NCBI RefSeq assembly: GCF_006345805.1
Contig: NC_042999.1
Span: forward strand, 63,488,001-63,552,000
Source of the DNA: Octopus sinensis
Lineage: Eukaryota
DNA length: 64,000 nucleotides
Direction of reading: 5' to 3'
Positions 37,622 to 49,712 of this stretch are shown here, one piece after another. Positions within the stretch are counted from its first letter, which is position 1, and every line of letters begins with the position of its first letter. The notes under the pieces were generated by a model, which did no database searches, had not been told where the DNA came from, and worked only from the letters and a program-made list of their open reading frames with translations. Made by a program: the position numbers and the translations under genes.

Positions 37622-38247
37622 TCTTAACCAATAAAGCTACATTTCAATAAGTTTGTACTTAAATGTAAGAATTAGTAAATATATATCATAATATTAGAAC
37701 CATTTTCAATATATTTGTTGCTTTTTAAATTATCAGAACGAGGCTGTCCTTGCAAACAGACATGTCTCCTGCATCCCTCTCCCACTGAGCTTTCCCAATC
37801 TTGTGAACTCATGGGTTTTGACGCCACATAGAAGACCCCTAATTGTTATGTTCATTGAATGTTGTCCCCTTAATTTATTGGATGTATCTGTGTAAATATA
37901 AACTCAATTATATTCTAGTGTGGTCATTGTCTTCACTCACAACCTCCCTATCTTTGTGAACAGCCAATGCAGAATGTGTTGTTAACCACCACACTAAACT
38001 AACTTTGTCCATTCAAGGTTGTGGTACGCAGTTCTTGGGAAAATTGAAGTGGAACGTGGGACAAAAAAAAAGATTCAGAAAAATGAACCACAAATACTTT
38101 CTTTTTTTTTTTTTTCGTAGTAAGAGCAAAGCTAAAGAAGTCACCACATTTATTTTCAAAAACTATGTTATCAAAGCTAAAAGTGAAGAACTTCTTTGAA
38201 TATAAATTTGTATTACTAACTCAATAGCTGTATGTATATATATATAG

Positions 38248-38575
38248 TGAAGGCACGTGGCTCAATGGTTAGGGCATTCAGCTCACAATCATAAGGTCGT
38301 GAGTTCAGTTCCCAGTGATGTGTTGTGTCCTTGAGCAAGACACTTTATTTCATGTTGCACCAGTCCATTCAGCAGGCAAAAATGAGTAGTACCTGTATTT
38401 TAAAGGGCCAGCCTTGTCACACACTGTGTCACACTGAATCTCCCTGAGAACTACATTAAGGGTACACATGTCTGTGGAGTGCTCAGCCACTTGCATGTTA
38501 ATTTCACAAGCAAGCTGTTCCGTTGATTGTATCAGCTGGGACCCTCATTGTCATAACCAACAGGGTGCTTCTTTA
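38248..38575 (+). mobile_element. S3-headed SINE with an alternative tail
   Basis: Same head as 37362-37621 but a different 3' half; 26 bp tandem duplication at the end. Confidence 0.8.
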
Positions 38576-39254
38576 TGTATATATAACAGGGTGCTTCTTT
38601 ATGTATATATAACATTGAAAACATAACATACACAGCAATTAACCTGATTTCAGAAAGAAAATTAGTTTATAGGATAAAAAAATAAAGTGAAATAAATTCA
38701 GTACCAGGCTATATAAAGCAATGTTTTCTAAAATGGTTATAGCACCAAAACTAGTAACTCATAGAATAAGCTCAAACTGCAAATAATGTAACAATGAGAA
38801 AACGGGCAACCAAAGCAATTAATAAATGTGCACTATCAAGTTTGACTTACAAGCAACAGCTGTTATGCATGTGTGTTTGTATGTGTGTGTGTGTGTGTAA
38901 ACGTATGTATATATACGTTTATATACATATACATACATTTGTATACATATGCACATATATATATGTGTGTATGTATATATATATAATAAATTAATAAATA
39001 AAACATATGCATATATACATACATATATGTACGTACCTACCTCTACATGTATATATACATGCATATATGGGTACAGGACACCAAAAAAACGTCGAACACA
39101 ATGAGAAACAAAAGCATAAACACAAAACCAAGGAACTGGACATTTTTCTTAAAAAACGAAAAAATAGAGTACAGGACAGATAACACAAGGAAAATTCCCC
39201 TTCTTCAGTTCCCATGGTTTCATCTACTCTGCATATATATGTTTATATTCTTTT

Positions 39255-39719
39255 ATTCTTTTATTTGTATCAGTCATTTGGCTGCAGCCATACTGGAGCA
39301 CCAACCATCCCAGGACTTGTTTTTTAAGCATAGTACTTATTCTATTGGTCTCTTTTGTCGAAGCTTTAAGTTACAGGGATGTAAACATACTAACACCAGA
39401 TGGAGGAACAAATACAGACACAGGGCATCAGCTGTAGAAACTCTACCAGATTAGATTGGAGTCTGGTGCAGCCATCTGGTTCGCCAGACCTCAGTCAAAT
39501 TGTTCAACCCATGCTAGCATGGAAAGCGGATGTTAAACGATGCTGATGATGATGATGATGAAATATATATACGATGAGTTTCTTTCAGTTTCTGTCTACC
39601 AGTTTGGTCAGCCTGTGGTTATAGTAGAAGACACTTGCCCAAGGTGCCATGCAGTAGGACTGAATCCAGAACTATGTGGTTGGGAAGCAAGCTTCTTACT
39701 ACACAGCCACGCCTGTGCC

Positions 39720-39720
<1 letters not shown>
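39255..39720 (-). mobile_element. SINE S2 interrupted by an RTE 3' end (39421-39560, +)
   Basis: S2 tail and head lie either side of catc(c)agctgtagaaac...gttaaacgatg(ATG)n. Confidence 0.8.
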
Positions 39721-39755
<35 letters not shown>

Positions 39756-39829
39756 GGTTGAACTGAAGGCTACTGTATTGCTTGCTCATGAATTCTGCCA
39801 AATGCGAGTTTTCTTTTCAGGTACATGAA

Positions 39830-42800
39830 GCTACTGTCCACCGTCCCAGGGTCTCTAGGGCCCATACCTCCCACACCCTCAGGGTTGGCACCCTCAGGGT
39901 TGGCACCCTCAACGTTAACACACTGAAAGGTAGGTCTGGTGAGATAGTCAAGATGCTTGAACGGAGATGTATTGATATATGTTGCATCCAAGAAGTAAGG
40001 TGGAGAGGAGGTTCTGCTAGGTTCCTCACAGGTACAAGATTTTCTGGGCAGGGAACACTGACGGGGTTGGTGGCGTGGGTATACTTCTCGCTGAAAAATG
40101 GGTAGATAAGGTAATTGAGGTAGTCAGAGTATGTGACAGAATTCTTAAGATTAGATTAGTACTTCATCATGGATTAGCAACCATTATATCGGCCCATGCT
40201 CCTCAGCCGGGGATACCCGATGGACAGAAAGACCGATTCTATGACACTCTACTGCAGACTACCTCGTTGATGAACGACAGAGACCTTCTCTTTGTAGCTG
40301 GTGACTTCAATGGTCACGTTGGACGGCATGCTGGGGGCTTCCATGGTGTACATGGAGGCTATGGTTATGGTTCCCGCAATGAGGAAGGAACCAGGCTGCT
40401 GGAGTTCTGCAATGCAAATGATCTTATGGTTTGCAACACTAATTTCAAGAAACCTACCAGCCACCTAGTCACCTACCGATCAGGCCGACATACCAGCCAA
40501 ATTGACTACATCCTTGCCAGGAAAAAGGAAAGATGGCTGCTTATAAATGCCAAAACCTTCCCAGGCAAAGAATGTACCCCGCAACATAGACTGGTAGTTA
40601 GTGACTTTAGGATCAGGACTAAGAGAACGACCAGAAGATGACCAACATGGAGAAGAAGGATCTGGAAGCTTAAAGATCCTGCAAATGGACAGAGATTTAG
40701 GGACATATTACTTGAAGCCTTTGATGAAGTAAAAGGGGATAGAGCATCACATGGGGTAGAAGACAACTGGACGTTTCTAAGGGACAACCTGCTGAGGGCC
40801 ACTAACCAGATCTGTGGCTGGTGCAAAGTCCCCTCTCGACCCAAAATAACGTGGTGGTGGAACAATGTTGTAGACAGGGCTATTAGAGAAAAGAGACAGG
40901 CTTGGAAGGACTGGAAGAACGGTGGTAGCAGGGAATTGTATCAGACTGCCAAAAGGGAAGCTAGGAGACAGGTTTATTTAGCCAGAGGGGAAGCAGATAA
41001 GAAAAAATTTGCCAATGTTCTGAACCGTGGGGACCAAAGACTTGAAGTGTTTCATGTTGCAAGACAGTGTGTGAGAGAGAATCGTGATGTGGTAGGTGAG
41101 AAATGTGTTCGCATGGATGATGGTTCACTTGCGCTAAATGAGGATGCAAAGAGAGAGGTTTGGAGACGCCACTATGAAAGGATGCTGAATAAAGAAAATG
41201 AATGGGATAAAAAGAGTCTGCCGAATGTCGACCTAACAGAGGGACCAGCTATCCGAGTTGACAGTTCCTTGGTAGTTAAGGCAATTAGAAGCATGAAGAC
41301 AGGGAAAGCCCCAGGCCCATCAGGAATCACTGCAGAGATGCTCAAAATATCTGGTAGTGTCGACTATAGCCTAGTCACCCGTATAGTTAATCAGGTGATA
41401 CACGAAGGAGTCATACCCAATGACTGGTGTAGCAGCATACTAGTCAACTGCTACAAAGGTAAAGGTGATGCCCTAGATACAAATAATTACAGAGGTGTCA
41501 AGCTGTTGGATCAGGTAATGAAGGTTACGGAGAGGGTCATAGCCCAACTAATTAGAGAGAGAGTTAGTTTAGATGAGATGCAGTTTGGGTTCGTGCTAGG
41601 GAAAAGCACCACTGATGCTATATTCCTGGTAAGGCAGCTGCAGGAGAAATACCTAGCCAAAGATAAGCCCCTGTACCTGGCTTTTGTTGACATAGAGAAA
41701 ACCTTCGACAGGGTCCCCCGATCCCTTATCTGGTGGTCAATGAGGAAACTAGGGATAGATGAATGGTTAGTGAGAGCTGTGCAAGCCATGTACAGGGACA
41801 CCGCTAGTAAGGTTAGGGTTGGCAACGAGTACAGTGAAGAATTCCGGGTAGAGGTAGGGGTTCACCAAGGCTCAGTCCTCAGCTCCCTCCCATTTATCAT
41901 AGTCCTCCAGGCAATAATGGAGGAATTCAAGACAGGATGCCCCTGGGAGCTCCTCTATGCTGATGACCTTGCTCTAATTGCTGAGTCACTATCAGAACTG
42001 GAGGAGAAGTTTCAGGTGTGGAAGCAAGGATTAGAATCGAAGGGCCTTAGAGTCAATCTAGCTAAAACCAAAGTCCTAATAAGTAGGAAGGTAGATAAAT
42101 CACAAACGCCTTCAGGTAGATGGCCCTGCTCGATCTGTAGAAAAGGTGTAGGTAGAAACTCTATAAGATGCACCAAGTGTAAGCTATGGACACATAAGAG
42201 GTGCAGCAATGTCAAAGGAAGGCTAACTAGGAAGATAGTTTTTGTATGTGGCAGATGCTCAGGAGCAATAACACTGAAAATGCTCTGAGACCAACTTCTG
42301 CCACATTCCAGGAAGAAAAATTAGAAATAGTTGATAGCTTCTGTTACCTAGGTGACCAAGTCAGTAGCAGGGGTGGGTGTGCTGAAAGTGTAACTGCTAG
42401 AGTAAGAATAGCTTGGGCAAAGTTCAGAGAGCTCTTACCTCTGCTGGTGACAAAAGGCCTCTCGTTCAGAGTAAAAGGCAGACTGTATGATGCGTGTGTA
42501 TGGTCATGTGGCGAGAATGGATGAAGATAGTTGTGTGAAAAAGTGCCAGACCCTAGCGGTTGAGGGAACCCGTGGAAGAAGCAAACCCAGGAAAACCTGG
42601 GACGAGGTGGTGAAGCACGACCTTCGAACTTTAGGTCTCACATTTAGGAAATGACTAAAGACCGAAACCTTTGGAAGTATGCTGTGCGTGAGAAGACCTG
42701 GCCAGACAAGTGAGACCATAACCCGTGGCCTCTACATGGGATGTAGCCAGTCCACTTATGCATACCTTTCCTTCTTGGGACACAAAACTCTACTTGTGAA

Positions 42801-43243
42801 GACCTGTTGAGGCAAGTGAAAATCAAAATCGAAATCGATCAACATCAATGGAAATTGCTGCTGTGATACCAATGCCGGTGGTACGTAAGAGAACTATCCG
42901 AACGTGGCCGTTGCCAGCGCCGCCCCGACTGGCCTCCTGCCGGTGGCACATAAAAAGCACCATCCGATCGTGGCCGTTGCCAGCCTCGTCTGGCCCCCGT
43001 GCCGGTGGCACGTAAAAAGCACCATCCAATCGTGGCTGTTTGCCAGCCTTGTCTGGCACCTGTGCCGGTGGTACGTAAAAAGCACCCACTACACTCACAG
43101 AGTGGTTGGCGTTAGGAAGGGCATCCAGCCGTAGAAACATTGCCAGATCAGACTGGGCCTGATGCAGCCTTCTGGCTTCCCAGACCCCAGTTGAACCGTC
43201 CAACCCATGCCAGCATGGAAAGCGGACACTAAAGGAAGATGAT
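39830..43243 (+). mobile_element. RTE-clade LINE copy 1 (APE-RT; frameshifts, a stop and a 200 bp deletion)
   Basis: GTLNVNTL, ICCIQE, GDFNGHVG, QIDYIL, KAPGPSG, QFGF, HQGSVLS and YADD motifs; tandem-repeat 3' UTR. Confidence 0.95.
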
Positions 43244-43787
43244 GGTATGAGAGGAAGAGAGGATATATATATATATATATATATAAAATATATCCTCTCT
43301 TCCTCTCATACCTACTTCCTCCCACCCACCTCTCCTCTCTTGCTCTGGCACCTACTTCCTCTCTTCACTCCTACCTACCTTCTCCCTCCATTGTCACCCA
43401 CTCCAACCCACCCTCTCCCTTCATCGTCAACCCTCCCTCATTACCCTACCCCTACACATTCCAACCCCACCAACCTATACATCCCATCCCACTCCCACCC
43501 CATCCCTTAGACCCCCCCACCCAACTTTGCTTCCCCACTCTTGCCTCCCCACACCCCCACACCACCACACTACACACCACATACCACCACACCACACCAC
43601 ACACCACCATACCACACCACATCACACCATCCCGCACACACTAGCACTGACCACTTCCCAGCACCTACACCATCATCTACACACCAACACATGCACACAC
43701 ACACATGTCAATGTCATCAGCCCCCTTCCACACGCATATACACGCTCTCACATACACACCAGCACACCTTTGTTTTATGATCACTAC

Positions 43788-44020
43788 TACTTAATTATCT
43801 CCCCTTCTTCCTAGCTCTCGTGTGTGACCCCTCGGTCCGACATTCCCCATGATAGATCGCTAGCCACTATATCTTTTTCTATTCTCTCTACCTGTTTATT
43901 TCTGTGTTCCTTTCTGTCAAAGAGCATAGGCTTAAAACATAAAAGACTTTCACACTTCCCAAGCGTTAAACTAATACATCTGTCTTCGTCCTTTGTTTTT
44001 TTGTAAATTCTCACTCTATA
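43788..44020 (+). mobile_element. Family H repeat, preceded by C/T-rich sequence (43290-43790)
   Basis: Homology to 17163-17410. Confidence 0.6.
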
Positions 44021-44268
44021 TATATAAATTAAATCATACCATATAGAAAAAAAATATTTATTTATTATTTCGTACTTTATTTAGTTCTAGGTAAATGTTT
44101 TATCGTATTTTTAATTTTTTTCTATATGGTATGATTTAATTATATCATTGTTGAATTGCTACATGGTGGTTCTTCTCTAATTTATATACATGTATTATAT
44201 ATTGTAAAATTTCATTTAGTATTACTAAGTTGAATTTTTCCCTGTTAGTTTGGAATCATATTCCCAAA

Positions 44269-44299
<31 letters not shown>

Positions 44300-44480
44300 G
44301 TGTGTGTTTGTGCATATATGTATGTATTTATAAAAAATACTGAGAAAAAATTGAAAATGCGTCAAAATTTTCTTATATATGTATGTATGTATATATATTT
44401 GCGTGTGTGTATGTATATATATATATATATATGTGTGTGTGTTTATATATATTATATATATATATATATATGTGTGTGTG

Positions 44481-44546
<66 letters not shown>

Positions 44547-44700
44547 GTGAGAGAGAGTATACAAGGAGTTTTCATGAACTGATATTATGTAATAGGTCTG
44601 TACTATAAGTGCTCAGTTTGGTCTACCATAAAACCTCTGGCTTGGACAACAACTGAAAAATATGGTACTGATAATATGCGTTAAGTTGTTCTATGATCGA

Positions 44701-47700
44701 ATCATCATCATCATCATCATCGTTTAACGTCCGCTTTCCATGCTAGCATGGGTTGGACGGTTCAACTGGGGTCTGGCAAGCCCGAAGGCTGCACCAGGCC
44801 AGTCAGATCTGGCAGTGTTTCTACAGCTGGATGCCCTTCCTAACGCCAACCACTCCGAGACTGTAGTGGGTGATTTTATGTGCCACCAACACAGGTGCCA
44901 GACGAGGCTGGCAGACGGCCACGCTCGGATGGTGTTTTTTATGTGCCACCGACACAGGTGCCAGACGACCACGCTCAGATGGTGTTTTCTTATGTGCCAC
45001 CAACACAGGTGCCAGACGAGGCTGGCAAACGGCCACGCTCGGATGGTGTTTGTTACGTGCCCTCAGCACGGAGGCCAGTCAATGCGGTACTGGATGGTTT
45101 TCTTATGTGCCACCGGCACTGGTACCACAAGGATACAAATTCCATTGATGTTCATCTATTTTGATTTGGTTTGATTTGATTTGATTTGATTTTCATTTGC
45201 CTCAACAGGTCTTCACAAGTGTCACAAGAAGGAATGTATGCACAGGTGGACTGACTACGTCCCAGGTAGGGGCCACAGGTTATGGCTTCACTAGTCTTGC
45301 CGGGTCTTCTCACGCACAGCATACTTCCATAGGTCTCAGTCTCTAGTCATTTCCATGGTGAGAATTAACGTTCGAAGGTCGTGCTCCACCACCTCGTCCC
45401 AGGTTTTCCTGGGTCTACCTTTTCCACGGGTTCCCTCAACTGCTAGGGATTGGCACTTTCTCACACACCTATCTTCATCCATTCTCTCCACATGACCATA
45501 CCAGCGCAATCGTCTCTCTTGCACACCACAACTGATGCTTCTTAGGTACAACATTTCTCTCAAGGTACTAACGCTCTGTCGAGTAAGTACACTGACATTA
45601 CACATCCATCGGAGCATACTGGCTTCATTCCTCACGAGCTTACGCATGTCCTCAGCAGTCACGGCCCATGTTTCACTGCCATGTAGCATGGCTGTTCGTA
45701 CACATGCATCATACAGTCTGCCTTTTACTCTGAGCGAGAGGCCTTTAGTCACCAGCAGAGGTAAGAGCTCCCTAAACTTTGCCCAGGCTATTCTTATTCT
45801 AGCAATTACACTTTCAGCGCACCCACCCCCACTACTGACTTGGTCACCTAGATAACGGAAGCTATCAACTACTTCTAGTTTTTTCCCCCGGAAAGTGACG
45901 GAAGTTGTTTTCTGCAGATTTTCGGAGTTCAATGCTCCCGAGCATCTGCCACATACAAAAACTATCTTCCCAGTTAGCCTACCTTTGACATTGCTGCACC
46001 TCTTATGTGCCCATAGCTTACACTGGGTACATCTTATAGAGTTTCTACCTACACCTTTTCTACAGATCGAGCAGGGCCATCTTCCTGAGGATATTTGTGG
46101 ATTGTCTACCTTTCTACTTATTAGTATTTTGGTTTTAGCTAGGTTGACTCTAAGGCCCCTTGATTCTAAACCCCCCTTCCACACCTGAAACTTCTCCTCC
46201 AGTTCTGATAGTGACTCAGCAATTAGAGCGAGGTCGTCAGCATAGAGGAGCTCCCAGGGGCAACCTGTCTTGAATTCCTCCACAATTGCCTGGAGGACTA
46301 TGATAAATAGGAGGGGGCTGAGTACTGAACCCTGGTGAACCCCAACCTCTACTTTGAATTCTTCTGTGTACATGTTGCCAACCCTAACCTTACTTACGGC
46401 ATCTCTGTACATGGCTTGCACAGCCCTCACCAGCCATTCATCTATCCCTAGTTTCCTCATTGACCACCAGATGAGGGATCGGGGGACCCTATCAAAGGCT
46501 TTCTCCATGTCAACGAAAGCCAGGTACAGGGGCTTATCTTTGGCTAGGTATTTCTCCTGCAGCTGCCTTACCAGGAATATAGCATCAGTGGTGCTTTTCT
46601 CTGGCACGAACCCAAACTGCATCTCATCTAAACTAACTCTCTCTCTAATTAGTTGGGCTATGACCCTCTCCGTAACCTTCATTACCTGATCCAACAGCTT
46701 GACACCTCTGTAATTATTTGTATCTAGGGCATCACCTTTACCTTTGTAGCAGTTGACTAGTATGCTGCTACACCAGTCATTGGGTATGACTCCTTCGTGC
46801 ATCACCTGGTTGACTATACGGGTGACTAGGTTATAGCCGACACTGCCAGATATTTTGAGCATCTCTGCAGTAATTCCTGATGGGCCTGGGGCTTTCCCTG
46901 TCTTCATGCTTCTAATTGCCTTAGCTACCATGGAACTATCAACTCGGATAGCTGGTCCCTCTGTTGGGTCAACATTCGGCAGACTCTCTTTATCCCATTC
47001 ATTTTCTTTATTCAGCAACCTTTCATAGTGGCATCTCCAAACCTCTCTCTTTGCATCCTCATTTAGCGCAAGTGAACCATCATTCATGCGAACACACTTC
47101 TCTCCTACCACATCACGATTCTCTCTCACACACTGTCTTGCAACACGAAATACCTCAAGTCTTTCATCCTCACGGCTCAGAACATTGGCAAATTTTTTCT
47201 TATCCGCTTCCCCTCTGGCTAAATAAACCTGTCTCCTAGCTTCCTTTCTGGCTGTCTGATACAATTCCCTGCTACCACCGTTCTTCCAGTCCTTCCAAGC
47301 CTGTCTCTTTTGTCTAATAGCCCTGTCAACCCCAGTGTTCCACCACCATGTTACTCTAGGTCAAGATGGTACTTTGCTCCATCCACAGATCTGGTCAGTG
47401 GCTGTCAGCAGATTGTCCCGTAGGAATCTCCAGTTGTCTTCCACATTAAGTGAAGCTATATCCCCTTCTATTTCGTCAAAGGCTTCGAGTAGTATGTCTC
47501 TAAATCTCTGTCCATTTGCAGGATCTTTAAGCTTCCAGACCCTTCTCCAAGCTGGTCTTCTTCTGGGTAACCATTTAGCTCTGATCCTGAAGTCGCTAAC
47601 TACTAATCTATGTTGAGGAGTACATTCTTCACCTGGAAAGGTTTTGGCATTTATAATCAGCCCTCTTTCCCTTTTTCTGGCAAGGATGTAGTCAATCTGG

Positions 47701-48083
47701 CTGGTGTGTCTGCCAGAACGGTAGGTGACTAGGTGAGAGGTGGGTTTCCTGAAGTTGGTATTGCAGACCATAAGGTCATTTGCATCGCAGAACTCCAGCA
47801 GCCTGGTTCCCTCCTCATTACGAGAGCCAAAACCGTAGCCTCCATGGAAGCCCCCGACATGTCGTCCAACATGTCCATTGAAATCACCTGCCACGAAGAG
47901 AAGGTCACTGTCATTTGTCAATGAGGTAGTCCGCAATAGGGTGTCATAGAATTGGTCTTTTTGTCCTTCCGGTAGCCCTGGTTGAGGGGCATATGCCGAG
48001 ATGATGGTAGCTGTCCTATGGTGAAGGACTAATCTAATTTTAATTACTCTGTCACTTACTCTGACTACCTCGATTACCTTACC
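44701..48083 (-). mobile_element. RTE-clade LINE copy 2, 5'-truncated within the endonuclease
   Basis: One reading frame from ~48083 to 45336 with a single TGA at 47361-47363; 3' UTR repeats; (GAT)n tail. Confidence 0.96.
45336..48083 (-). pseudogene. RTE ORF2 (partial APE, RT with PHD-type finger, C-terminal domain)
   Basis: ORFs 47361-47936 and 45336-47264 are in the same frame. Confidence 0.93.
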
Positions 48084-48479
48084 TATAAATAATAAAATTA
48101 TAGGTGAGGTTCATTCACAATTCCAAAAGTGAATTTTTGATGATAATCCATGGCAGAGGATAATGGAAGTTATCAGGCCTATTTTTGAATAACGAGTGAA
48201 TTAGGATTGAACAGGAATTATATACTACAGGGTGAAGGAATGATAGGATTGTAGATGCATGAGAGTAGCTATATACTAATCAGCATAATGAGGTCATGTT
48301 TGGCAAAAGAGGTTAGATGATTTATATACACCCATCCAACTCTTGCTATCTAATGTGTCTGACCCACATTGATAGTTAGCTATGGATGAAAGTATCTGAC
48401 ATCTGCTAATTTTCATGTCTTATCTCTCTGTCATAGCGCAGAAGGCCCAAGAGGCAATAGAGTCCGCTGCCCTAACCAC

Positions 48480-48675
48480 TGGGTCATTGCGCCTACACTA
48501 GCCACTACACACATTTTTTTCTCTTCTTGTTTTTTCTGTGTCTCTTCCTATAGAAGAGTGTAGGCTCGAAACATAAAAGACTTTTTCTATTCCTGAGCGT
48601 TATACTAATACATCTGTTTGTTTTGTACACCACCTGTCTTCGTCGTTTGTTTTTTACCATAAACTCTCCCTATAT
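48480..48675 (+). mobile_element. Family H repeat
   Basis: gaagagtgtaggctcgaaacataaaagact motif. Confidence 0.6.
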
Positions 48676-48747
48676 ATATGTATGTATGTATGTGTGTGTG
48701 TATGTATGTATGTATGTATGTATGTGTGTGTGTATGTTTGTGTGTCT

Positions 48748-48947
48748 GTGTGCCGCCAACATCGCTCACTTGACAACCGATGCTGGTATGTTTACATCCT
48801 GTAACTTAGCGGTTCAGCAAAAGAGTCTGATAGAATAAGTACTAGGCTTACAAAGAATAAGTTCTGGGGTCAATTTGCTCGACTAAAGGTGGTGCTCCAG
48901 CATGGCCGCAGTCAAATGACTGAAACAAATAAAAGATTAAAAGAGTA
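48748..48947 (+). mobile_element. SINE S2 3' half
   Basis: ttgacaaccgatgctgg...gactgaaacaa. Confidence 0.85.
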
Positions 48948-49123
48948 ACAGAAAAAAATTAGGGCCAATTTTAAAAAGGGGAGAAATATTTCATTAGTAT
49001 TTACAAGAAAGGTAAAGGAATACATAAGAATGAACTCAGGAATTTGCAAGAGACAATGGAATGTTAAAGTCAACGTATAAAAGTAAGGTAAATAATTAAC
49101 TGATGTACTTATAATTATTTGCT

Positions 49124-49308
49124 GTTGTGTCTGGAGAGAGTCATTTTCTTTTTGGGCCTTATAATTTAACACACTCACCAGTAAAATTTCCACTTATTTC
49201 TTATTTTTATTTTCCTAAAATTTTTGTTGTATCTTGTAACCTTTTCAATAGTCTTGAGTGTATTAAATTATAAGGCACAAAAAGAAAATGACTCTCTCCA
49301 GACACAAC
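49124..49308. repeat. Fold-back repeat, 54 bp arms with 2 mismatches; unfolded homolog at 36735-36865
   Basis: 49124-49177 is the reverse complement of 49255-49308. Confidence 0.85.
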
Positions 49309-49514
49309 GGACTATGCTTCAACACACGAACTCACATAAAGAATTTTGCAAACCAAATCCAAAAACGAAACTTATAATTATTGTTTTAACATAACTGACT
49401 TAAGTCATTCGCTCCTTATAGAATGTACGCTATCAATGACTTTTCTCTGCTGTTCTGAACTCTGGCTTCCTTCTAGTTGGATTCTTGCTTTTTATCCCAC
49501 CACCTGTTATTTTT

Positions 49515-49712
49515 AGCGGTATGCTTAGCGGTATTTTGTCTGCGTTATATTGTGAGTTCAAATTCCGCTGAAGTCGACTTTGCTTTTCATCCTTTCGGGG
49601 TCAATAAATTAAGTACCAGTTACGAACTGGGGTCGATGTAATCGACTTAATACCTATGTCTGTCCTTGTTTGTTCCCTCTGTGTTTAGCCCCTTGTGGGT
49701 AATAAAGAAATA
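49515..49712 (+). mobile_element. SINE S1
   Basis: Family motifs present. Confidence 0.85.

Noticed and set aside
39175-39215. CTGAAGA-AGGGGAATTTTCCT half-hammerhead on the minus strand
   Set aside because: The GAAA and stem III half is absent
42860-43100. Regularly spaced repeats resembling a CRISPR array
   Set aside because: The whole unit repeats with no unique spacers; it lies in a LINE 3' UTR of eukaryotic DNA; no cas genes
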